A stretch of 64,000 nucleotides of DNA from the human T2T-CHM13v2.0 reference genome, Homo sapiens. Under the pieces are notes generated by a model that worked only from the letters and a program-made list of their open reading frames with translations, did not search any database and was not told the DNA's origin. Both the position numbers and the translations under genes were made by a program. This document shows, in pieces, positions 14,201-28,200 of this stretch (position 1 is the stretch's first letter; each line of letters opens with the position of its first letter). Location: NCBI RefSeq assembly GCF_009914755.1, contig NC_060939.1; one strand, given 5' to 3'.

Positions 14201-16227
14201 ATTTGTGTCCACTGCATTCCATTCCACTCCATTCCATATTATTCCATTACACTCCATTCCATTCTATTACTTTCATTTCCATTCAATTCCATTCCATTTG
14301 ATTCCATTCCACTCGGTTTCATTCCATTTGAGTCCACTCCATTCCATTCCATTCCATTCCATTCAGTTCCATTCCATTCTGTTCCATTCCATTCCGTTCC
14401 ATTACATTCCATTCCATTCGGTACCATTCCATATTGTTCCATTCGATTCCATTCGAATCCATTCCATTCCAGTCCATTCCATTCGATTCCATTCCATTCA
14501 TTTCAATTCCATTCCATTCCATTCCATTCCATTCCACTTGATTCCTCTCCATTCCCTTCCACTGCATTCCGTTCGATTCCATTCCATTGCATTGCATTCC
14601 ATTCCATTGGATTGCATTCCATTCGATTCCATTCCATTCGAATCAATTACATAGCAATCCATTACATTCGAGTCTATTCTCTTCCGTTCCATTCGATTTC
14701 GTTCCAATCCATTCGATTCCATTCCATTCGATTCCATTCCATACTATTGCATTCCATTCGATTACATTATATTCGAATAAGTTCCATTCAAGACCATTTC
14801 TTTTGAGTCCATTCTATTTGAGTCCATTCCCTTTGATTCCATAACATTTGAGTCCATTCAATTCCATTCCTTTCGTTTCCATTCCATTTGATGCCATTCC
14901 ATTCAATTCTGTTCTACTCGACTCCAATACATTCAATTCCATTCCATCCGATTCCATTACATTCTTTTCATTTCTTATCCATTTCAAGCCATTCCACTCC
15001 ATTCCATTCCACTCGTTTCCTTTCCATTCGAGTCCATTCCTCTCCAGTCCATTCCGTTCAATCCATTCCATTCCAGTCCATTCCATTCGAGTCCGTTCCA
15101 TTCCAGTCCATTCCATTCGAGTCAATTCCATTCCATTCGATGTCTTTCCATAACGATCCATTCCATTCTATTCCTTTCGATTCCATTCCATTCTATTTCA
15201 TTCCATTCGATTCCCTTCCATTGGACTCCTTTCCATTCGAGTGCATTCCATTCCGTTCCATTTCTTTCCGTTCTGTACGATTCCTACCGTTCGATTTCAT
15301 TTTGTTTCAGTCCATTCTTTCGCGTCCATTCCATTCCATTTCACTCCATTCGATTCCATTCCACTCGATTCCACTTCGTTCCATTTCATTGCATTCCATT
15401 CTATTCAACTCTATTGCCTTCCATTCCATTCCATTCCATTCCATTCCATGCGATTCCATTCTAAATCGAATCAATTACATTGCAATCCATTACTATTGAG
15501 TCCGTTTTATTCCAGTCCACTGCATTCTGGTCCATTCCATTTGATTCCATTCCATTCTATTCCATTCCATACAGTTGCATTCCATTGGATTCCATGCTAT
15601 ATCTATAAATTCAATTCGAGACCATTGCTTTTGAGTCCATTCTATATGATTCCATTCCATTCAAGTCCATTACATTTGGTTAAATTCCATTCCATTCGGT
15701 TCAATTCCATTCCATTCCATTCCCTTCCATTCCATTCCAGTTGATATCAATCCATTCGATTCCATTCCATTCGAGCACATTCCATTCGAGTCCATTCCAT
15801 TCGATGCCATTCCATTTGATTCTATTCCATTAGTCTCCATTCAATTCCATTAATCTCCATTCCATTCCATTCTACTCCAACTGATTCCATTCCATTCTAT
15901 TCCTTTCCATTCCATTTCATTCCATTCCATTCCATTCCATTCCATTCCATTCCATTCGTGTCCATTCCACTCCAGTCCATTCCATTCGTATCCATTCCAT
16001 TCCAGTCCATTCCATTTGTGTCCACTGCATTCCATTCCACTCCATTCCATATTATTCCATTACACTCCATTCCATTCTATTACTTTCATTTCCATTCAAT
16101 TCCATTCCATTTGATTCCATTCCACTCGGTTTCATTCCATTTGAGTCCACTCCATTCCATTCCATTCCATTCAGTTCCATTCCATTCTGTTCCATTCCAT
16201 TCCGTTCCGTTACATTCCATTCCATTC

Positions 16228-19200
16228 GGTACCATTCCATATTGTTCCATTCGATTCCATTCGAATCCATTCCATTCCAGTCCATTCCATTCGATTCCAT
16301 TCCATTCATTTCAATTCCATTCCATTCCATTCCATTACATTCCACTTGATTCCTCTCCATTCCCTTCCACTGCATTCCGTTCGATTCCATTCCATTGCAT
16401 TGCATTCCATTCCATTGGATTGCATTCCATTCGATTCCATTCCATTCGAATCAATTACATAGCAATCCATTACATTCGAGTCTATTCTCTTCCGTTCCAT
16501 TCGATTTCGTTCCAATCCATTCGATTCCATTCCATTCGATTCCATTCCATACTATTGCATTCCATTCGATTACATTATATTCGAATAAGTTCCATTCAAG
16601 ACCATTTCTTTTGAGTCCATTCTATTTGAGTCCATTCCCTTTGATTCCATAACATTTGAGTCCATTCAATTCCATTCCTTTCGTTTCCATTCCATTTGAT
16701 GCCATTCCATTCAATTCTGTTCTACTCGACTCCAATACATTCAATTCCATTCCATCCGATTCCATTACATTCTTTTCATTTCTTATCCATTTCAAGCCAT
16801 TCCACTCCATTCCATTCCACTCGTTTCCTTTCCATTCGAGTCCATTCCTCTCCAGTCCATTCCGTTCAATCCATTCCATTCCAGTCCATTCCATTCGAGT
16901 CCGTTCCATTCCAGTCCATTCCATTCGAGTCAATTCCATCCCATTCGATGTCTTTCCATAACGATCCATTCCATTCTATTCCTTTCGATTCCATTCCATT
17001 CTATTTCATTCCATTCGATTCCCTTCCATTGGACTCCTTTCCATTCGAGTGCATTCCATTCCGTTCCATTTCTTTCCGTTCTGTACGATTCCTACCGTTC
17101 GATTTCATTTTGTTCCAGTCCATTCCTTTCGCGTCCATTCCATTCCATTTCACTCCATTCGATTCCATTCCACTCGATTCCACTTCGTTCCATTTCATTG
17201 CATTCCATTCTATTCAACTCTATTGCCTTCCATTCCATTCCATTCCATTCCATTCCATGCGATTCCATTCGAAATCGAATCAATTACATTGCAAACCATT
17301 ACTATTGAGTCCGTTTTATTCCAGTCCACTGCATTCTGGTCCATTCCATTTGATTCCATTCCATTCTATTCCATTCCATACAGTTGCATTCCATTGGATT
17401 CCATGCTATATCTATAAATTCAATTCGAGACCATTGCTTTTGAGTCCATTCTATATGATTCCATTCCATTCAAGTCCATTACATTTGGTTCAATTCCATT
17501 CCATTCCATTCCCTTTCATTCCATTCCATTTGATATCAATCCATTCGATTCCATTCCATTCGAGCACATTCCATTCGAGTCCATTCCATTCGATGGCATT
17601 CCATTTGATTCTATACCATTAGTCTCCATTCAATTCCATTAATCTCCATTCCATTCCATTCTACTCCAACTGATTCCATTCCATTCTATTCCTTTCCATT
17701 CCATTTCATTCCATTCCATTCCATTTCATTCCATTCCATTCCATTCGTGTCCATTCCACTCCAGTCCATTCCATTCGTTTCCATTCCATTCCAGTCCATT
17801 CCATTTGTGTCCACTGCATTCCATTCCACTCCATTCCATATTATTCCATTACACTCCATTCCATTCTATTACTTTCATTTCCCTTCAATTCCATTCCATT
17901 TGATTCCATTCCACTCGGTTTCATTCCATTTGAGTCCACTCCATTCCATTCCATTCCATTCCATTCAGTTCCATTCCATTCTGTTCCATTCCATTCCGTT
18001 CCATTACATTCCATTCCATTCGGTACCATTCCATATTGTTCCATTCGATTCCATTCGAATCCATTCCATTCCAGTCCATTCCATTCAATTCCATTCCATT
18101 CATTTCAATTCCATTCCATTCCATTCCTTTACATTCCACTTGATTCCTCTCCATTCCCTTCCACTGCATTCCGTTCGATTCCATTCCATTGCATTGCATT
18201 CCATTCCATTGGATTGCATTCCATTCGATTCCATTCCATTCGAATCAATTACATAGCAATCCATTACATTCGAGTCTATTCTATTCCGTTCCATTCGATT
18301 TCGTTCCAATCCATTCGATTCCATTCCATTCGATTCCATTCCATACTATTACATTCCATTCGATTACATTATATTCGAATAAGTTCCATTCAAGACCATT
18401 GCTTTTGAGTCCATTCTATTTGAGTCCATTCCCTTTGATTCCATAACATTTGAGTCCATTCAATTCCATTCCTTTCGTTTCCATTCCATTTGATGCCATT
18501 CCATTCAATTCTGTTCTACTCGACTCCAATACATTCAATTCCATTCCATCCGATTCCATTACATTCTTTTCATTTCTTATCCATTTCAAGCCATTCCACT
18601 CCATTCCATTCCACTCGTTTCCTTTCCATTCGAGTCCATTCCTCTCCAGTCCATTCCGTTCAATCCATTCCATTCCAGTCCATTCCATTCGAGTCCGTTC
18701 CATTCCAGTCCATTCCATTCGAGTCAATTCCATCCCATTCGATGTCTTTCCATAACGATCCATTCCATTCTATTCCTTTCTATTCCATTCCATTCTATTT
18801 CATTCCATTCGATTCCCTTCCATTGGACTCCTTTCCATTCGAGTGCATTCCATTCCGTTCCATTTCTTTCCGTTCTGTACGATTCCTACCGTTCGATTTC
18901 ATTTTGTTCCAGTCCATTCCTTTCGCGTCCATTCCATTCCATTTCACTCCATTCGATTCCATTCCACTCGATTCCACTTCGTTCCATTTCATTGCATTCC
19001 ATTCTATTCAACTCTATTGCCTTCCATTCCATTCCATTCGATTACATTCCATGCGATTCCATTCGAAATCGAATCAATTACATTGCAATCCATTACTATT
19101 GAGTCCATTTTATTCCAGTCCACTGCATTCTGGTCCATTCCATTTGATTCCATTCCATTCTATTCCATTCCATACAGTTGCATTCCATTGGATTCCATTC

Positions 19201-22200
19201 TATATCTATAAATTCAATTCGAGACCATTGCTTTTGAGTCCATTCTATATGATTCCATTCCATTCAAGTCCATTACATTTGGTTCAATTCCATTCCATTC
19301 CATTCCCTTCCATTCCATTCCAGTTGATATCAATCCATTCGATTCCATTCCATTCGAGCACATTCCATTCGAGTCCATTCCATTCGATGCCATTCCATTT
19401 GATTCTATTCCATTAGTCTCCATTCAATTCCATTAATCTCCATTCCATTCCATTCTACTCCAACTGATTCCATTCCATTCTATTCCTTTCCATTCCATTT
19501 CATTCCATTCCATTCCATTTCATTCCATTCCATTCCATTCGTGTCCATTCCACTCCAGTCCATTCCATTCGTGTCCATTCCATTCCAGTCCATTCCATTT
19601 GTGTCCACTGCATTCCATTCCACTCCATTCCATATTATTCCATTACACTCCATTCCATTCTATTACTTTCATTTCCATTCAATTCCATTCCATTTGATTC
19701 CATTCCACTCGGTTTCATTCCATTTGAGTCCACTCCATTCCATTCCATTCCATTCAGTTCCATTCCATTCTGTTCCATTCCATTCCGTTCCATTACATTC
19801 CATTCCATTCGGTACCATTCCATATTGTTCCATTCGATTCCATTCGAATCCATTCCATTCCAGTCCATTCCATTCGATTCCATTCCATTCATTTCAATTC
19901 CATTCCATTCCATTCCATTACATTCCACTTGATTCCTCTCCATTCCCTTCCACTGCATTCCGTTCGATTCCATTCCATTGCATTGCATTCCATTCCATTG
20001 GATTGCATTCCATTCGATTCCATTCCATTCGAATCAATTACATAGCAATCCATTACATTCGAGTCTATTCTCTTCCGTTCCATTCGATTTCGTTCCAATC
20101 CATTCGATTCCATTCCATTCGATTCCATTCCATACTATTGCATTCCATTCGATTACATTATATTCGAATAAGTTCCATTCAAGACCATTTCTTTTGAGTC
20201 CATTCTATTTGAGTCCATTCCCTTTGATTCCATAACATTTGAGTCCATTCAATTCCATTCCTTTCGTTTCCATTCCATTTGATGCCATTCCATTCAATTC
20301 TGTTCTACTCGACTCCAATACATTCAATTCCATTCCATCCGATTCCATTACATTCTTTTCATTTCTTATCCATTTCAAGCCATTCCACTCCATTCCATTC
20401 CACTCGTTTCCTTTCCATTCGAGTCCATTCCTCTCCAGTCCATTCCGTTCAATCCATTCCATTCCAGTCCATTCCATTCGAGTCCGTTCCATTCCAGTCC
20501 ATTCCATTCGAGTCAATTCCATTCCATTCGATGTCTTTCCATAACGATCCATTCCATTCTATTCCTTTCGATTCCATTCCATTCTATTTCATTCCATTCG
20601 ATTCCCTTCCATTGGACTCCTTTCCATTCGAGTGCATTCCATTCCGTTCCATTTCTTTCCGTTCTGTACGATTCCTACCGTTCGATTTCATTTTCTTCCA
20701 GTCCATTCTTTCGCGTCCATTCCATTCCATTTCACTCCATTCGATTCCATTCCACTCGATTCCACTTCGTTCCATTTCATTGCATTCCATTCTATTCAAC
20801 TCTATTGCCTTCCATTCCATTCCATTCGATTACATTCCATGCGATTCCATTCGAAATCGAATCAATTACATTGCAATCCATTACTATTGAGTCCGTTTTA
20901 TTCCAGTCCACTGCATTCTGGTCCATTCCATTTGATTCCATTCCATTCTATTCCATTCCATACAGTTGCATTCCATTGGATTCCATGCTATATCTATAAA
21001 TTCAATTCGAGACCATTGCTTTTGAGTCCATTCTATATGATTCCATTCCATTCAAGTCCATTACATTTGGTTAAATTCCATTCCATTCGGTTCAATTCCA
21101 TTCCATTCCATTCCCTTCCATTCCATTCCAGTTGATATCAATCCATTCGATTCCATTCCATTCGAGCACATTCCATTCGAGTCCATTCCATTCGATGCCA
21201 TTCCATTTGATTCTATTCCATTAGTCTCCATTCAATTCCATTAATCTCCATTCCATTCCATTCTACTCCAACTGATTCCATTCCATTCTATTCCTTTCCA
21301 TTCCATTTCATTCTATTCCATTCCATTCCATTCCATTCCATTCCATTCGTGTCCATTCCACTCCAGTCCATTCCATTCGTATCCATTCCATTCCAGTCCA
21401 TTCCATTTGTGTCCACTGCATTCCATTCCACTCCATTCCATATTATTCCATTACACTCCATTCCATTCTATTACTTTCATTTCCATTCAATTCCATTCCA
21501 TTTGATTCCATTCCACTCGGTTTCATTCCATTTGAGTCCACTCCATTCCATTCCATTCCATTCAGTTCCATTCCATTCTGTTCCATTCCATTCCGTTCCA
21601 TTACATTCCATTCCATTCGGTACCATTCCATATTGTTCCATTCGATTCCATTCGAATCCATTCCATTCCAGTCCATTCCATTCGATTCCATTCCATTCAT
21701 TTCAATTCCATTCCATTCCATTCCATTACATTCCACTTGATTCCTCTCCATTCCCTTCCACTGCATTCCGTTCGATTCCATTCCATTGCATTGCATTCCA
21801 TTCCATTGGATTGCATTCCATTCGATTCCATTCCATTCGAATCAATTACATAGCAATCCATTACATTCGAGTCTATTCTCTTCCGTTCCATTCGATTTCG
21901 TTCCAATCCATTCGATTCCATTCCATTCGATTCCATTCCATACTATTGCATTCCATTCGATTACATTATATTCGAATAAGTTCCATTCAAGACCATTTCT
22001 TTTGAGTCCATTCTATTTGAGTCCATTCCCTTTGATTCCATAACATTTGAGTCCATTCAATTCCATTCCTTTCGTTTCCATTCCATTTGATGCCATTCCA
22101 TTCAATTCTGTTCTACTCGACTCCAATACATTCAATTCCATTCCATCCGATTCCATTACATTCTTTTCATTTCTTATCCATTTCAAGCCATTCCACTCCA

Positions 22201-25200
22201 TTCCATTCCACTCGTTTCCTTTCCATTCGAGTCCATTCCTCTCCAGTCCATTCCGTTCAATCCATTCCATTCCAGTCCATTCCATTCGAGTCCGTTCCAT
22301 TCCAGTCCATTCCATTCGAGTCAATTCCATTCCATTCGATGTCTTTCCATAACGATCCATTCCATTCTATTCCTTTCGATTCCATTCCATTCTATTTCAT
22401 TCCATTCGATTCCCTTCCATTGGACTCCTTTCCATTCGAGTGCATTCCATTCCGTTCCATTTCTTTCCGTTCTGTACGATTCCTACCGTTCGATTTCATT
22501 TTGTTCCAGTCCATTCTTTCGCGTCCATTCCATTCCATTTCACTCCATTCGATTCCATTCCACTCGATTCCACTTCGTTCCATTTCATTGCATTCCATTC
22601 CATTCAACTCTATTGCCTTCCATTCCATTCCATTCCATTACATTCCATGCGATTCCATTCGAAATCGAATCAATTACATTGCAATCCATTACTATTGAGT
22701 CCGTTTTATTCCAGTCCACTGCATTCTGGTCCATTCCATTTGATTCCATTCCATTCTATTCCATTCCATACAGTTGCATTCCATTGGATTCCATGCTATA
22801 TCTATAAATTCAATTCGAGACCATTGCTTTTGAGTCCATTCTATATGATTCCATTCCATTCAAGTCCATTACATTTGGTTAAATTCCATTCCATTCGGTT
22901 CAATTCCATTCCATTCCATTCCCTTCCATTCCATTCCAGTTGATATCAATCCATTCGATTCCATTCCATTCGAGCACATTCCATTCGAGTCCATTCCATT
23001 CGATGCCATTCCATTTGATTCTATTCCATTAGTCTCCATTCAATTCCATTAATCTCCATTCCATTCCATTCTACTCCAACTGATTCCATTCCATTCTATT
23101 CCATTCCATTCCATTTCATTCCATTCAATTCCATTCCATTCCATTCCATTCCATTCCATTCCATTCCATTCCATTCGTGTCCATTCCACTCCAGTCCATT
23201 CCAATCGTATCCATTCCATTCCAGTCCATTCCATTTGTGTCCACTGCATTCCATTCCACTCCATTCCATATTATTCCATTACACTCCATTCCATTCTATT
23301 ACTTTCATTTCCATTCAATTCCATTCCATTTGATTCCATTCAACTCGGTTTCATTCCATTTGAGTCCACTCCATTCCATTCCATTCCATTCAGTTCCATT
23401 CCATTCTGTTCCATTCCATTCCGTTCCATTACATTCCATTCCATTCGGTACCATTCCATATTGTTCCATTCGATTCCATTCGAATCCATTCCATTCCAGT
23501 CCATTCCATTCGATTCCATTCCATTCATTTCAATTCCATTCCATTCCATTCCATTACATTCCACTTGATTCCTCTCCATTCCCTTCCAGTGCATTCCGTT
23601 CGATTCCATTCCATTGCATTGCATTCCATTCCATTGGATTGCATTCCATTCGATTCCATTCCATTCGAATCAATTACATAGCAATCCATTACATTCGAGT
23701 CTATTCTCTTCCGTTCCATTCGATTTCGTTCCAATCCATTCGATTCCATTCCATTCGATTCCATTCCATACTATTGCATTCCATTCGATTACATTATATT
23801 CGAATAAGTTCCATTCAAGACCATTTCTTTTGAGTCCATTCTATTTGAGTCCATTCCCTTTGATTCCATAACATTTGAGTCCATTCAATTCCATTCCTTT
23901 CGTTTCCATTCCATTTGATGCCATTCCATTCAATTCTGTTCTACTCGACTCCAATACATTCAATTCCATTCCATCCAATTCCATTACATTCTTTTCATTT
24001 CTTATCCATTTCAAGCCATTCCACTCCATTCCATTCCACTCGTTTCCTTTCCATTCGAGTCCATTCCTCTCCAGTCCATTCCGTTCAATCCATTCCATTC
24101 CAGTCCATTCCATTCGAGTCCGTTCCATTCCAGTCCATTCCATTCGAGTCAATTCCATTCCATTCGATGTCTTTCCATAACGATCCATTCCATTCTATTC
24201 CTTTCGATTCCATTCCATTCTATTTCATTCCATTCGATTCCCTTCCATTGGACTCCTTTCCATTCGAGTGCATTCCATTCCGTTCCATTTCTTTCCGTTC
24301 TGTACGATTCCTACCGTTCGATTTCATTTTGTTCCAGTCCATTCCTTTCGCGTCCATTCCATTCCATTTCACTCCATTCGATTCCATTCCCCTCGATTCC
24401 ACTTCGTTCCATTTCATTGCATTCCATTCTATTCAACTCTATTGCCTTCCATTCCATTCCATTCGATTACATTCCATGCGATTCCATTCGAAATCGAATC
24501 AATTACATTGCAAACCATTACTATTGAGTCCGTTTTATTCCAGTCCACTGCATTCTGGTCCATTCCATTTGATTCCATTCCATTCTATTCCATTCCATAC
24601 AGTTGCATTCCATTGGATTCCATGCTATATCTATAAATTCAATTCGAGACCATTGCTTTTGAGTCCATTCTATATGATTCCATTCCATTCAAGTCCATTA
24701 CATTTGGTTCAATTCCATTCCATTCCATTCCCTTCCATTCCATTCCATTTGATATCAATCCATTCGATTCCATTCCATTCGAGCACATTCCATTCGAGTC
24801 CATTCCATTCGATGCCATTCCATTTGATTCTATTCCATTAGTCTCCATTCAATTCCATTAATCTCCATTCCATTCCATTCTACTCCAACTGATTCCATTC
24901 CATTGTATTCCTTTCCATTCCATTTCATTCCATTCCATTCCATTCCATTCGTGTCCATTCCACTCCAGTCCATTCCATTCGTATCCATTCCATTCCAGTC
25001 CATTCCATTTGTGTCCACTGCATTCCATTCCACTCCATTCCATATTATTCCATTACACTCCATTCCATTCTATTACTTTCATTTCCATTCAATTCCATTC
25101 CATTTGATTCCATTCCACTCGGTTTCATTCCATTTGAGTCCACTCCATTCCATTCCATTCCATTCAGTTCCATTCCATTCTGTTCCATTCCATTCCGTTC

Positions 25201-28200
25201 CATTACATTCCATTCCATTCGGTACCATTCCATATTGTTCCATTCGATTCCATTCGAATCCATTCCATTCCAGTCCATTCCATTCGATTCCATTCCATTC
25301 ATTTCAATTCCATTCCATTCCATTCCATTCCATTCCACTTGATTCCTCTCCATTCCCTTCCACTGCATTCCGTTCGATTCCATTCCATTGCATTGCATTC
25401 CATTCCATTGGATTGCATTCCATTCGATTCCATTCCATTCGAATCAATTACGTAGCAATCCATTAAATTCGAGTGTATTCTCTTCCGTTCCATTCGATTT
25501 CGTTCCAATCCATTCGATTCCATTCCATTCGATTCCATTCCATACTATTGCATTCCATTCGATTACATTATATTCGAATAAGTTCCATTCAAGACCATTT
25601 CTTTTGAGTCCATTCTATTTGAGTCCATTCCCTTTGATTCCATAACATTTGAGTCCATTCAATTCCATTCCTTTCGTTTCCATTCCATTTGATGCCATTC
25701 CATTCAATTCTGTTCTACTCGACTCCAATACATTCAATTCCATTCCATCCGATTCCATTACATTCTTTTCATTTCTTATCCATTTCAAGCCATTCCACTC
25801 CATTCCATTCCACTCGTTTCCTTTCCATTCGAGTCCATTCCTCTCCAGTCCATTCTGTTCAATCCATTCCATTCCAGTCCATTCCATTCGAGTCCGTTCC
25901 ATTCCAGTCCATTCCATTCGAGTCAATTCCATCCCATTCGATGTCTTTCCATAACGATCCATTCCATTCTATTCCTTTCGATTCCATTCCATTCTATTTC
26001 ATTCCATTCGATTCCCTTCCATTGGACTCCTTTCCATTCGAGTGCATTCCATTCCGTTCCATTTCTTTCCGTTCTGTACGATTCCTACCGTTCGATTTCA
26101 TTTTCTTCCAGTCCATTCTTTCGCGTCCATTCCATTCCATTTCACTCCATTCGATTCCATTCCACTCGATTCCACTTCGTTCCATTTCATTGCATTCCAT
26201 TCTATTCAACTCTATTGCCTTCCATTCCATTCCATTCGATTACATTCCATGCGATTCCATTCGAAATCGAATCAATTACATTGCAATCCATTACTATTGA
26301 GTCCGTTTTATTCCAGTCCACTGCATTCTGGTCCATTCCATTTGATTCCATTCCATTCTATTCCATTCCATACAGTTGCATTCCATTGGATTCCATGCTA
26401 TATCTATAAATTCAATTCGAGACCATTGCTTTTGAGTCCATTCTATATGATTCCATTCCATTCAAGTCCATTACATTTGGTTAAATTCCATTCCATTCGG
26501 TTCAATTCCATTCCATTCCATTCCCTTCCATTCCATTCCAGTTGATATCAATCCATTCGATTCCATTCCATTCGAGCACATTCCATTCGAGTCCATTCCA
26601 TTCGATGCCATTCCATTTGATTCTATTCCATTAGTCTCCATTCAATTCCATTAATCTCCATTCCATTCCATTCTACTCCAACTGATTCCATTCCATTCTA
26701 TTCCTTTCCATTCCATTTCATTCCATTCCGTTCCATTCCATTTCGTTCCATTCCATTCGTGTCCATTCCACTCCAGTCCATTCCATTCGTATCCATTCCA
26801 TTCCAGTCCATTCCATTTGTGTCCACTGCATTCCATTCCACTCCATTCCATATTATTCCATTACACTCCATTCCATTCTATTACTTTCATTTCCATTCAA
26901 TTCCATTCCATTTGATTCCATTACACTCGGTTTCATTCCATTTGAGTCCACTCCATTCCATTCCATTCCATTCAGTTCCATTCCATTCTGTTCCATTCCA
27001 TTCCGTTCCATTACATTCCATTCCATTCGGTACCATTCCATATTGTTCCATTCGATTCCATTCGAATCCATTCCATTCCAGTCCATTCCATTCGATTCCA
27101 TTCCATTCATTTCAATTCCATTCCATTCCATTCCATTACATTCCACTTGATTCCTCTCCATTCCCTTCCACTGCATTCCGTTCGATTCCATTCCATTGCA
27201 TTGCATTCCATTCCATTGGATTGCATTCCATTCGATTCCATTCCATTCGAATCAATTACATAGCAATCCATTACATTCGAGTCTATTCTCTTCCGTTCCA
27301 TTCGATTTCGTTCCAATCCATTCGATTCCATTCCATTCGATTCCATTCCATACTATTGCATTCCATTCGATTACATTATATTCGAATAAGTTCCATTCAA
27401 GACCATTTCTTTTGAGTCCATTTTATTTGAGTCCATTCCCTTTGATTCCATAACATTTGAGTCCATTCAATTCCATTCCTTTCGTTTCCATTCCATTTGA
27501 TGCCATTCCATTCAATTCTGTTCTACTCGACTCCAATACATTCAATTCCATTCCATCCGATTCCATTACATTCTTTTCATTTCTTATCCATTTCAAGCCA
27601 TTCCACTCCATTCCATTCCACTCGTTTCCTTTCCATTCGAGTCCATTCCTCTCCAGTCCATTCCATTCAATCCATTCCATTCCAGTCCATTCCATTCGAG
27701 TCCGTTCCATTCCAGTCCATTCCATTCGAGTCAATTCCATCCCATTCGATGTCTTTCCATAACGATCCATTCCATTCTATTCCTTTCGATTCCATTCCAT
27801 TCTATTTCATTTCATTCGATTCCCTTCCATTGGACTCCTTTCCATTCGAGTGCATTCCATTCCGTTCCATTTCTTTCCGTTCTGTACGATTCCTACCGTT
27901 CGATTTCATTTTGTTCCAGTCCATTCTTTCGCGTCCATTCCATTCCATTTCACTCCATTCGATTCCATTCCACTCGATTCCACTTCGTTCCATTTCATTG
28001 CATTCCATTCTATTCAACTCTATTGCCTTCCATTCCATTCCATTCGATTACATTCCATGCGATTCCATTCGAAATCGAATCAATTACATTGCAATCCATT
28101 ACTATTGAGTCCGTTTTATTCCAGTCCACTGCATTCTGGTCCATTCCATTTGATTCCATTCCATTCTATTCCATTCCATACAGATGCATTCCATTGGATT

